Shown in pieces: positions 51,992-64,000 of a stretch of DNA of 64,000 nucleotides. The first letter of the stretch is position 1. Each line of letters starts with the position of its first letter. The notes under the pieces are model-generated. The model saw nothing but the letters and a program-made list of their open reading frames with translations, was not told the origin of the DNA and did not search any database. Location: positions 241,118,001 through 241,182,000 of the forward strand of contig OZ024743.1 of assembly GCA_964016885.1 (NCBI GenBank), given 5' to 3'. The position numbers and the translations under genes were made by a program. The stretch comes from Eledone cirrhosa (Eukaryota).

Positions 51992-52127
<136 letters not shown>

Positions 52128-52349
52128 CACATCTCGAATATTTCCATATATTTCAAAACTGCACAATACATCACATCTAAACGAGAATTTGTTCCCTGGT
52201 ATATTTCATTTATATGTAATTACTCACATGCAAATATTCTCACCAATGCGTACACACGTTTTTGTACAAATGTATTTATCTAGAGCATGCACACTCGTAT
52301 GTAAAATGTATGTATGTATGTATGAATGTATGTATGTGTGTGTATGTAT

Positions 52350-52909
52350 GTTATTCTGGTTTTATAATTTCACAAATTTTTTCCCAATAGAGAGAGAGTG
52401 TCGGTTTCTAACATAGACACAAGACTCTCTCATTGGAATTTACACAACATCAACTAGGTAGATATGTATGTATGCATGCATGTGTAGATATGGGTGTTAT
52501 TGTATGTGTGGATGTGGATGTTTTGAGTTGTATGTGTGCATGTGTATATGCTTTGTATCTGTACATGTGTATATGCAGTTATTAGATGCAACATTTTTGG
52601 AATGTTTTACCTATTTTTACTGTTCCATTAATGGATTGTACTTGTAATTTCCTAACTAGTTGTGTTCTTTCTGTTCCTGTGAAGCCTAGCTTCTCAAAAT
52701 TTGTATTGAGGCAGTTACTAACATACCCCAGTGCCTCAATAATCACAGGCATAAATCTGAAGGTGTAATCAGGATGGAGTATCTGCAGATTTCTCATCAG
52801 TTCCGCATAAATATTCTCCTTTTCGCTAATCTTTGATATTATATTGGCATCTGCTGGGCAGCTAATTTCCACTACCGTGCATGCTTTCTTCTCCGTGCCC
52901 CATATCATA
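52350..52909 (-). mobile_element. 3' fragment of the (CATA)n-associated R4 element
   Basis: Near-identical to 32272-32820; flanked by (TATG)n on both sides. Confidence 0.92.
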
Positions 52910-53195
52910 ATGTATGTATGCATGTATGTATGTATGTTTGTATGTATGTATGTATGTATGTATGTATGTATGTATGTATGTATGTATGTATGTATAATAG
53001 GAGTATGTATGTATGTGTGTATGTATATATATACGTATGTATGTAAGTGCGAACGTTTGCATGTTTGTTTGCATGTTTGTTTGCATGTATGTATGAATAA
53101 ATATTCGTATGTATATCTATGTGTGTACATGAATAATATATATATATTATATTTATGTATCTATATTATATATATGTGAGTGTGTGTGTGCATGC

Positions 53196-53246
<51 letters not shown>

Positions 53247-53895
53247 TACTTGCATACTTGCATAATTGCATACACACACATACATATAGGTATGTATGCA
53301 TTCGTGGATACAAACATGTGAGTGTTTAATATATGTTTGCATGTAAATGCATTTGTATTCAAAATATTACACATGCTACAGCCCCAACACACAAAACACT
53401 ATAACATGATACACTGCCCAGGTGGACGTGTCGAAAATACAAATGATACAAAATGATTCACCAACTTAGAATATAAGAGTTATATGTTAAACTTTTAAGT
53501 TAAACCTTTCATCAAATGTTAGCATAACTGGCCCAAAACAGGCATCTCAGATGAAATAAAAACAAAGCAATATAAAACGAAAGAAAATAGAGAGGAGGGG
53601 AAACAAGGCACACAGACTATTAAGGGAATTAGTTGCTAAGCAAATGTGAATTTCTCGTCAAATGTCAGAAAGAAAAATTAAAGATATTGGCTTCTAAATC
53701 ACCTTGTTCTCTAGAAATATTTTTTTCAGTTGTGTGGATGCTTATCACTATTTATATTTTTTTTGTTATATGTCACGTATGATGCTGTAGCAAAATATTA
53801 TAATGCTCTCCTGATACTCGTTCTCCACGTCACAGTTTTAAGTTCCATTTCTATGGAAAATTTCATTCATGTGAACGAATTATATATATATAATA

Positions 53896-54023
53896 TAATT
53901 GTTTCTACGTTAGGCACAAGGCCAGCAATTAACCAGTGTATTACTGGTACTTTATTTTATCGACCCCGTAAGGATGAAAGGCAAAGTTAACCTAATATAA
54001 TAACTGGTATGCCTATAAATATA

Positions 54024-54076
<53 letters not shown>

Positions 54077-54140
54077 TGTTTCTACTTTTGGCACAAGGCC
54101 AGCAATTATCCAGTACATTACTGGTACTTTATTTTATCGA
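53896..54140 (-). mobile_element. Two 5'-truncated SINE 3' ends separated by (TA)n and (TAA)n
   Basis: Core and tail at 53896-53993 and 54075-54140. Confidence 0.88.
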
Positions 54141-57100
54141 TAATAATAATAATAATGTTTTCTTTATTAACCACAAGGGTTTACATAAAGTAGACATTAA
54201 GGACAGTACAGGACAATACAGGACGGAACAAATGGGCATTTCTGCGTGTAAAAAAAACAGAGGATGAAATAAAATAACAAAGAAAAATTCCCCAATAGGG
54301 GGGAGACTTCCGGGGGACATTTGTGGAGAAAGCCCATTAAAAGACCACAGTGGTCCTGACCACGAGGGCAAGTGCCTTCTCCCAGTTTTCCACCTTTAAT
54401 TTACAGACACATACTCAGAGAAGGCCCATTCATTCGGGCCATACTTGCTTCTCTCACCCATCTTTCAACAAAATGCTGGGAAAAGAGCACTTCCCTCTCT
54501 ACCTTGATTTTCCTTTTCAGATGAAATTTGAAAAAGTTAATCAGGGCATCACCGAAGAGGTAAGTGCTCGTCTTCAGCCCTTTCAAACGTGTCCACCATA
54601 CTATCTCTTTCGCCATGGCCACCAGACAGATAAAAACTGCCTGCCCTTCCCGGTTAAAGGAAGAGGGCGGGGTAATCCTCACGATGGACTCAGCTGATAG
54701 CTGGATCCGTCCTACACGTGACAGCAGGTGTTCGACATAAACCCACAAGTCAGCAATGCTCCGACACTGGACGAGTGCGTGCAGGACGGTTTCGTCGCCC
54801 TGCGCGCTTCTTGGACATGCCCGGCTGACGGCACCTCCATGCCTATAGAGTTTATCCCGAACTGGCAAAGCTCCTCGGTAGCACTGCCAGGCCTGGGATT
54901 TCTGGAAGTTGTCCATAGGCCCCGGTCCGAAAGTTCTTCCGAAGAGATTGGCTAGTTGATTTTCGTCGACGCCTAGAGTTTCCCCAAGTACGTCGTCGCA
55001 CTTCCCCTCCACTAATCTTCTATAGAACGCCAAGGTGGAGTTTCCCCCGATCACATTGCCCGATTGGTCGAGGGCTGTGAGCGCCTGAAGACATTCCAGT
55101 CTCCAGGCTCTCCCTCTCGGTCTTCGCTTGTCCCAGGACTGCAGCTCCGTCAAGGAAACGAGCTGGGGAAATACGTGTCTATCAAACGGCGACCACACCT
55201 GATCACCGTCGAGGAAGAGGTGGAGATGTCGTAGCCTGAGCGCGTGTCTGCGCATCATCAGCCACGGCATTCCCAGCCTTCCACGTAGCGGGTGTTGACA
55301 GCAGATGGACTGCCTGACCATCGGAGCGCGTCCCTTCCACAAAAATGAAAGAGCAAACGCTCCAGCGCAGTCAGGACAAGGTTCGACGGTCAGGCGGTAG
55401 TAGATGACGGACGCGATATACGCGTCAGCCCACTCCGCTCGACCTTTCAGGGATAGCTTCCTCTCGGCCCATTTCTGGGTGAGAGAAGCCACCCTGCTCG
55501 TCACCTCGTCCCAGTTTTTGTCAGTCTGGAGATCCGGACCGAACCAGACCCCGAGCAATTAACCGGTCCGTCCGTCCAGCGCCCGACGACGCTGTTGGAC
55601 GGCATGGACCTGCCTCTCCAGGTGCCGAGCTGCAGGCCCACTGACTCTTCCTGGTTGATCATTGCTCCTGTCACCGCTTCGTATTCTCTTAGTGTAGTGC
55701 CGATCGCCTCGATGTGTTTGGCGTTCGACACCACTACGGTGACATCGTCGGCATATCCTGACACGGATCTTCCGCATCCTAGTTCGCGCGGGACCCCCCT
55801 CAACGTCTCCAGTTTGTGCAGTAATATTTCGAGAGTCAATACGTACAAGAGGGACGAGAGGGGACATCCTTGGCGGACCGAGCGCATGATGTTGAACGGT
55901 TCCGAAAGGTGACCGTTCACTCTTACTACAGAGCAGATGTCGCTGTGCATGGCAGCGATTCAGACTCTGAAGACGGGCCCAAAGCCAGCCGCCTTCTGGA
56001 CTGCCGCTAGGTAACGATGGTCGACCCTATCGAAAGCTTTCGACTGATCTAAATTGGTCAAGGACCCACCCATGCCAGGTTCCCTAGCTACCCTCTCTAC
56101 GATGTATCGCATGAGGTGGAGATTGTCGTGGATGGATCTGTCGGGAATGGCTCATGTCTGCACCTCTCCCACCAGCCCACCAACGACAAGCGCCAACTTC
56201 TTTGCTAGCACTTTGGCCAAAATCTTGAACTCTGTGTTTAGCAGAGTTATGGGCCTAACATTATCTATGTTATCCCCCTTGTTCAGATCCTTTCTCAGCA
56301 GCGCCACAGCTCTTTGGCTCACAGAGCTGGGAATTCTCCCGTTCTGTTGCCGGTTGCAGTAGACGTTCGCCAAGATGCCTCCGAAAAAGTCTGGCATCTG
56401 TACGTAAAGTTCATAGAGCAGACCATCCAAACCAGTCGATTTACCCCTTGTGCAGCTAGTCACTGCCTCCCGTACTTCAGCGGCTGTTATCGGCTTTTCG
56501 CAACGCTCCGCCTCAGTGGCCAAGAGCCTCGGCAGTCCGTCGAGGTAGACACTAAAGTCCATCCCTCGATCCGGCCCGCCGCTGCCCCCGAACAACTGAG
56601 CGAAGTGTCGCTGAAAAGCTTCCGCCACTCGAGCCCATTGAACGGCTTTCGTCCCCTCGTTTCTGAGAGCACGCACCCTGGCTCTGACAACGCAGTCTTC
56701 GTGCTTTGCATTGAAGAATTGGTCAAGGGCCAATTTCGCCGCAAGCACGTCGGTCGAAATGCCTTTGCTAAGCGCCTCGTCTAATTTTCTAACTAGTTCT
56801 CCCTCTGCTCTATTTTTCTCTATTGCTAAAGCCTTACTAAACCTAATCGATTCTATTCTAATTGCTCTTTTCAGAGCAAACCACCACTCCTTGTTGACGA
56901 TGGCCCCCGTTAACGCCCGCTTAACTAGTTCGCTAATCCGGTCTCTGTAGTCCTTGCGCGCTGGTAAGGACGCGTTTAGCTTCCAGTAGCCGGGTCCTCG
57001 TCTATGAAGCCTATCTAAGTCAAGCACACAGATCACGAATTTGTGGTCCGTGTAGCTGACTATCTTGAATTGTGGACAGCCTATGCTAGACCTATCTATT

Positions 57101-60065
57101 TCCCTACAAAATACTCTATCTAGATATGATCTGGATGACCCTATGCGATTTGTCCAAGTCCACATAGGTACATTCGGGAAATCCAATCGGTACCTGTCAG
57201 ACAGTTCAAAACGCCTGAGCAGGTTGGTGAAGCTCTTGCACCCTCCACTCCTATCCACTAATCCCACACAGTCCCAGCGTGCATCTAAGATCCCGTTCCA
57301 GTCGCCCACTAACACTAAAGAGCGGGACGTTCCAAGAAAGGTCTCCAGACGCCGGAAGAAATCAGGCCACCCTGCTCCTGTTGGGGCATAGACGGCCACT
57401 AGCCTGAAAGCTTGCCCATCTCCGCTGGTCACGTCCAGCACCACCAGCTTACCTTCTGGGTCCAGGGAGATGGCCCGTATGGCGAGATCCAAACCTCTCC
57501 GAAAAAGCACAGCAACTCCTCCCCCCGATCCAGGACGGCTGGGAGATGCGTACACATTGTAGCCGCCGAAGATCGGTGTGAAGGCCCGTGCTTCGGAGAT
57601 TCTGGTCTCGCTGATGGCCACTACATCTATGTTTAGTGACCTGAGGTCGTTGAGCAGGTGACCCTGCTTCCATCACGACCCCAAGCCACGCGCATTTTGT
57701 CTGTCTATTCTGAGTGAGGTCATGTTTAAAATAGAGTGGAAAAGATGGGAAAGACCACTTACCGTACTTTTCGTCTTGATCGTCTGGTGAAGGGTCCGTT
57801 GAATCGTCCCTACGGCTGGTCGTCGGCTCTTCTATGAGAATGTCTGAATATACTCTTCGATTAATAGTTCCTCCTAGGTCCCTGAAATCACCAACTGCGT
57901 TGGGGAATTTCGTTTTAATGTTTGTGTATTGTTTGTTTGCTATTTTTAGCAGTCTTATGTTAGTTGGCGTTTTGATTGGTGCTGGTATTATGTAGTCGTG
58001 TTGTGAAATGTCTGTGTGTTCAATTATGTAAGTCATTAGTTTCTTGTTGTGTGTATTTATTGCCGTGCATTTGTTTTTCTGGGGGTGGGGTGGGGTTCTG
58101 CTATTTTCTTGTCGTTGTTGCTGGGTGTGTGTGTTTTGTTGTTGTGTTTGCGATGTTGGTGCATGTGGTGGTGGTGTTGAAGGTGTTGTTGGCGGTGGGG
58201 TTGTCGCCGGTGGTGATGGTGGTGCTAGTGTGGGTGGTGATGGTGTTGGTGATGTTGCTGCTGTGGGTCTCTTTGCAGTAGACTTTACCCTTTTCTCATT
58301 TCTTTCCTCCCTTTTCAAAGGCGACGATGCGCTGCTTCTGCGTTTGTGCCTTCTTACGACCTTTTGCCATCCCTCTCCCACCTCACACTCCATGTCTGAT
58401 TCTGTGAGGTCGGGGAGGGGTACCAGCTCCACTCTTTCACTTGTTGTTGTTGGTGATGTTTGCACTGGAGTCTCTGTTGCAGCTGCATTTGGTATTGCTG
58501 TTGTTGTTGTTAATATTTCCACTGCTGCTGCTGTTTTTGATTTCCGTGGCGTGGGTATGGGTGCCACGGACCTATCGTTCCTGGTTGCCGCTTGTTCTGT
58601 TGCTGGTAGCCGTGAAGCCGGTTTCGGAAGGAGGGGATTTTCCCCTTTCTCAGGGTCTTCTCGTTGCAGAAGGCCCTGAGTTGAGTCTTCGATCCACAGC
58701 GAAAGCATTTCGGGCGTTTGCCCTCAACACTTATGGGCAGTTGAGTGCCGTTATCGAAGTCTATCACATCCGGGATAACTTCGATGCACTCCTGGTTGGT
58801 TTGGATTAACATCTCAATGGAGGTGCCGACCCAATCTTCTCTTACTTTTTTTTGTACTTGCAGTAGAGTTGTTTCTGAGGAGGACAGTTGTTTCCGACGA
58901 GGACAGACGCGGCCAGCCAAAAAGGGGCCATTCCGGGGGGGGGGGGGGGGGGGGACGTGGGTCAGTTTGACCCTCACAATGTTTTGCCCGCAGTAGGAAG
59001 GCACCAACACCATTTCCTCGCTCCTTAGGGTCACTACGGATTGAGCCTTTGCCTCCTGGGGTGTGGCAAAAAGAACGTCTAAGGTGGCATATTTCTTGCC
59101 TCGGGTGATGTGCGTTTTCCGCTGCCACACAGACCCCAAGGCTTTATGTATTTGAGCCTCTGTGGCTCTTTCAACCCTACGGGATTTTGTACTTACTGTA
59201 CGGTACGTGACCGTACAGTGCTGTTGGGTTTCGAAAAGTTTTACGCTGCCTTGCAGATTGCTCGGTGTCCAGTTTTTGTCACCATCTTCTTCGCTTCCTC
59301 TAATTCCTCATTTGTTATGAGGATTGTTTCCAGGTTCTTCGCGATACCTGCAAAGGAGATTGGTTTTTCTTTGCTGCTGTTGTTGTTGTTGTTGTCGTCA
59401 GAGCTGCTGTTACTTTTGTTGTTGCTGCAGGTACTACGACTACTGCCGCCGCCGCTGTTGCTGTGGTTGTTGTTGTTGTTGCTGCTGCTAATGCTGTTGT
59501 TGTTTATGCTGCTGCTGATGCTGTTGCGGCTGCTACTGTTGTTTTCATTGTCACTGTTGCTGTTGTTATTACGGCTGCTACTGCTATTATTCCTGACGTC
59601 AGACGAATGAAATGGCTTTTCGTATTTCCCGCACACCTGTTTCGTCGCTGTCGTCGTCGTCGTGGAGAAATCTTGCACTCTTTGCACGAGACTTTTCTTT
59701 TCTGTCGTCGCTTGCGAAAGAGAAGGGAGGGAAGAGAGACACATTTAAAGAAGGGAGGGAGGGAGGGAGACAATCTTCTCTCTGCTGTAGTGACGATTGA
59801 GGAAGAAGAAGACGGAATGAGTGGGAGTGACGTATGAAAATTCATTTTCGTTGTTTTTTTTTGTTTAAAATAAATATTGGGCACAAGACCCCAATAAGCA
59901 GTTATTTAACCCCGAAGGGCCAAATAACGGGCAGAAAGACCCCTCTCACGAGGAGGAGGGTGTTTTTGTCTACAAGTTCGTTAAAGTTTTAAACAATTTA
60001 CAATTGTTATAGCGTCAAAATTTACAATACCTTACAGAGCCGAGCCTCCTTCAACCTTAGCATTC
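54141..60065 (-). mobile_element. Full-length Tx1 LINE, copy C (same subfamily as B, multiply disrupted), between (TAA)n tracts
   Basis: ORF pieces 59241-59744, 58510-59139, 57449-58708, 56152-57621, 55501-55950 and 54401-55558 are collinear with copy B; 27-codon in-frame deletion at ARVAEA|FQRH; (TAA)n at 54141-54156 and 60066-60088. Confidence 0.95.
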
Positions 60066-60091
60066 AATAATAATAATAATAATAATAAATT

Positions 60092-60148
60092 GTAATGCAC
60101 TGGGTGATTGCTGGCCTTGTGCCTGGAGTGGAGACAATTATTAATAAT
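60092..60148 (+). mobile_element. SINE 3' tail fragment
   Basis: GTAATGCACTGGGTGATTGCTGGCCTTGTGCCTGGAGTGGAGACAATTATT. Confidence 0.8.
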
Positions 60149-60149
60149 T

Positions 60150-63100
60150 TCATTCTTAAGCCACGCAATGCTCACATTAAGGAACCACTCATGATAATAA
60201 CAATTTTAAAAAAACAACAAAAAGAAAACCCCGTGACCAAGAAATACCGGGATGGCGGCCGGCGGGGAATAGCCGTGTCTCTAGGGGAGAACGACCCCTC
60301 TAGTCTTGGTTGACACTCGTTCTAGAAGTGGTAACACGAAATGATTACCCCTTGGCGGATAAAGATAAAACGCGACAAAATAAAGTAAATGTCTAATGAT
60401 AAAATCTCATACCGGATCGGCCGTCACCCGGGTAAAAAAGGGCCGCGTCCCTCAGAGAGGAACCAGACTGGGGTCGAAAAATCAGCTAATGGTTCAAACC
60501 TTCCCATCACTTCGGAGCTGGAGACCTCCCCTAACCGGAATACTCCTACTGTTGGCCCTCCATGCTCACCACCAAGAAATCCAAAGAAAAAGAGAGAAAA
60601 ATGGTCAAGGGAAGATAATAAAGAAGTCCTTGGGGGTTTCTACACTGCCATGTACTACCCATCAAATACATCGAATACAGAACAGACATATATCAACTGG
60701 AAAAAGAAACATCCCGAAAACAGAGGCTATATTGACAGTAACAATCTAGCCAATATACGAAGAAATATTGTAAGAAAAAAGTTACTAACTGATATAGAAA
60801 TTGATCAGATCAAGCTATTAGCACAAAGTCAGCGAAGGGAAAATGAAACATGTGTCAGTGAAAACGAGGTAAATTGTAACACTTCGAATCCCAGGGTCGG
60901 GGCGGAATCACTGGCAACAGAACAAATTAAAGTAAGGATCGAAAAAGTGGAGGGAGTGCATGCTCAAGATGAAACTCCAAATGAAAATAATGAGATCGTA
61001 AATGATAAAGAAATGAATGAGAATGAACTTGCCAACTTGAAGGATGAAATTATGATCGAATGGATGAAAATCAAAGAATCTGACATGGGGAAACGAGACA
61101 CCATCCCTAAGATCCAGAACTCCAAACAGAACCAAAAGATAATACACAAGACTAACATAATTCTCAAAAACATTATCATCACAAACAAACTAAACATTAC
61201 TGATTTAAATCATCTCTATTATGCATCGGCTAAAGTCACCACTCATGTGGAGTGAAGATGAAAAAACAAAGGAATTCCCACAAGAAATCTACTTGGCAAG
61301 AGAACATCAATCGCCAAATAAACCTTCTCCGATCTGACATAGAAATTTTAAGAAACTATAAAGTAGGTGAACATGTTAAACAAACTAAACTTAGAAAATT
61401 GAAAAAAAGTATAAAATCAACAAGTGACATAGACATGCTGATAGAAATAATCAAGCAAAAAGTGTCGGCCAAAGCTGCTCGTATAAGGCGCTTTGAAAAA
61501 CGATCTAGATTCTATAAGGACAATAATATGTTCAAAAACAACCAAAGAAACTTCTACAGAAAAATTGGTAAGTCAACAATAACTGCTAAATCAATACCAC
61601 CCAAGGAGGAAGTGCAAGAATTCTGGGAAAAGATCTGGGCCGAAGAAAAAGTTCATAACATACATGCCCCATGGATAGACAGACAAATGAAAGATACAGC
61701 TCACCTTCAGGAACAAATATGGGAAAATATAACAGTTGAACAGTTGCGCTTGGCTCTAAGAAAAACCAGCAAATGGAAATCCCCAGGAAAAGACAAAATA
61801 CAAAACTTTTGGATAAATACCTTCACAGAGTCTCATGAGCTGTTAGCCCAACTTTACAATGAAATAGTTAAGGAGCCAGAAAAGATACCATCATGGCTAG
61901 TTAACGGCATTACATTCCTGCTTCCGAAGAATGATGAGACAAACAATCCCCAAAATTACAGACCGATAACTTGCTTGACCACAATGTATAAAATGTTAAC
62001 ATCAGTCATAACTGAATACACATATGACCACCTGATAACAAATGACCTATTTCCCATTGAGCAGAAAGGCTGTAAACGAGGCTCATATGGCTGTAAGGAT
62101 CAGCTTCTGGTTAACAAAATGATACTGGAAGATTGTCATAATAGACACAAAAATCTATCGATTGCTTGGATAGATTACAAAAAAACATTCGATAGTTTGC
62201 CACACAGTTGGATTGAAAAATGTTTAGAGATTTTCAAAATATCCCCCGTTGTCAGGAGGTTTTTGTCATTCAGTATGAAGACATGGAAAACGACACTCCT
62301 TTTGAATAGTGAAACAAAATCACTGGAAGCTGGAGAAGTTAATATTAATTGTTGAATTTTTCAGCGTGACTCTTTATCACCGCTTTTATTCTGCATCGCA
62401 CTTATACCATTAAGTAAAATGCTCAATGAAACAAAACATGGATATAAAGTCTATGACAAAACCATTAATCACTGGTTCTACATGGATGACCTGAAACTAT
62501 TTGCAAAAAATGATGAACAATTGCAAGGGCTATTATCCACTGTGGACAGTTCAGTGATGACATTAAAATGTAGTTTGGACTAGATAAATGAGCCAAAGCA
62601 ACGTTCACCAGAGGAAAGCTGCTGAAGAGTTCAGACATTAATCTTGATCGGGGGAACGTGATAAGAGAACTTGATCAAGAAAAAACTTACAAATATCTAG
62701 GTGTTTGTGAAGGAGACGGAATCAAGCACTCGACAATGAGGGAAAGGATAAGGAAGGAATGTTACCGCAGAGTAAGAGCAATCTTAAGAACGGAATTGAA
62801 TGCAAGGAATAGGATCGATGCCATAAACACGCTTCCCATACCAGTAGTAACCTACAGTTACAATGTCATCAACTGGTCAAGCACAGAGATCCGTAGGCTC
62901 GATACAAAAATTAGAAAATTCTTAACCATGCACAGAATGCATCACCCTAAGGCAGATATAGATAGAATATATCTCCCTAGGAAAGAAGGAGGACGTGGGT
63001 TAATCCAGTTAGACATTGCGTTGAAAACTGCAACAATTGGATTATCTACATATCTAAGGGAATCACATGATTGGATGATCAAACTCGTTTTGAAACACGA

Positions 63101-63970
63101 AAGCATCAAAAGATCATATTCCATTACAAAAGATGCACAAAGATACAGTAATGGACTACAAATTTCAGAAGTCCCATTTACTGCTGAAATGGAAAACACA
63201 GAAAAAGCAAAGCAGGTAAAAGTAACTGCAAAGAAAGAACTGCTACAGAAACTGGCTAAGAAATGGCAAGAAAAGCCTCTGTATGGAAAATACCCAGAGC
63301 GAGCTAACAATCCTGATGTTGATAAAACTTTAACCCATCAGTGGTTGGCATTCTCTGGACTGAAAGCGGAGACTGAAGGACTGATTATATCAGCACAAGA
63401 TCAGTGTCTGCCAACAAAAAATTACCAAGCCAACATAATAAAAAATGGATGCAGCCCATTATGCCGTGTATGCAAAAAACAACCAGAGACCATTGACCAT
63501 ATAATTTCAATGTGCAGTCCTATAGCTCCAACCGAATACCTAAACAGGCATGACAGAGATGCACAATACATACATTGGATAATGTGTAAGCATTTTGACC
63601 TGCCCCATCAAAAGAATTGGTGGGAGCATCAACCACCTCCCATACTTGAAAGAGATCACATCTCAATCTTGTGGAACTTTAGCATCCAAACAGACCGAAA
63701 AATAGATGCAAATAGACCTGATATAATATTGAAGGACTTTAAAAAGAGGGTATGCCTGCTGATTGATATGTCTGTTCCAATAGACAAGAATGTATCTATA
63801 AAAACATTTGAAAAATTGAGCAAGTATAAGGACCTGGAGATGGAAATTGGAAAAATGTGGAAATTGAGAACTAAAACAATACCAGTGGCTGTAGGCGCTC
63901 TGGGAATGACACCTAAGGGGTCTAATGATTACTTATCGCAAATCCCAGGAAACCCGCGTATAGGAGAAAT
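60150..63970 (+). mobile_element. R4/Dong-clade RLE LINE, apparently 5'-complete; single long ORF from 60389 broken by stops and frameshifts
   Basis: N-terminal KWSREDN..LANIRRNI..LTDIEIDQIK; WKSPGKD, NYRPITCL, IDYKKTFDSLPH, FQRDSLSP, YMDDLKLF; CRVC..ETIDHIISMC, RHD, NRPDII..LIDMSVP..KLSKYKDL. Confidence 0.93.
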
Positions 63971-64000
63971 AGAAGGAGGAGGCTAGCCCACTATGTAGGA

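Overview
Eukaryotic, AT-rich, microsatellite-saturated intergenic or intronic DNA with no confidently identifiable host gene. The SINE family, the Tx1/R4/Penelope mix and the repeat density resemble a cephalopod (octopus-like) genome; this is an inference. The window is a mosaic of nested mobile elements: three Tx1 (L1-clade) LINEs sitting in (TTA)n tracts (one nearly intact), R4/Dong-type RLE LINEs (one family in (CATA)n), four Penelope-like (GIY-YIG) remnants, a Vingi LINE inside a Chapaev3-like transposon, RTE, CRE, mariner and Helitron remnants, about 16 tRNA-head Meta/MESC-core SINE copies or fragments, and a 5.5 kb CA-rich higher-order satellite. The most interesting signals are non-coding. 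(1) A complete HDV-fold ribozyme with a core close to the mammalian CPEB3 ribozyme forms the exact 5' end of the Vingi element. (2) There are many hammerhead ribozymes, including a 508-bp palindrome carrying two head-to-head copies. (3) A CTTGTG-N8-AGAAA 3' motif is shared by the Tx1 LINEs, the SINEs and an R4 LINE. Family calls come from recalled protein and RNA motifs, no searches were run, and most boundaries are approximate.
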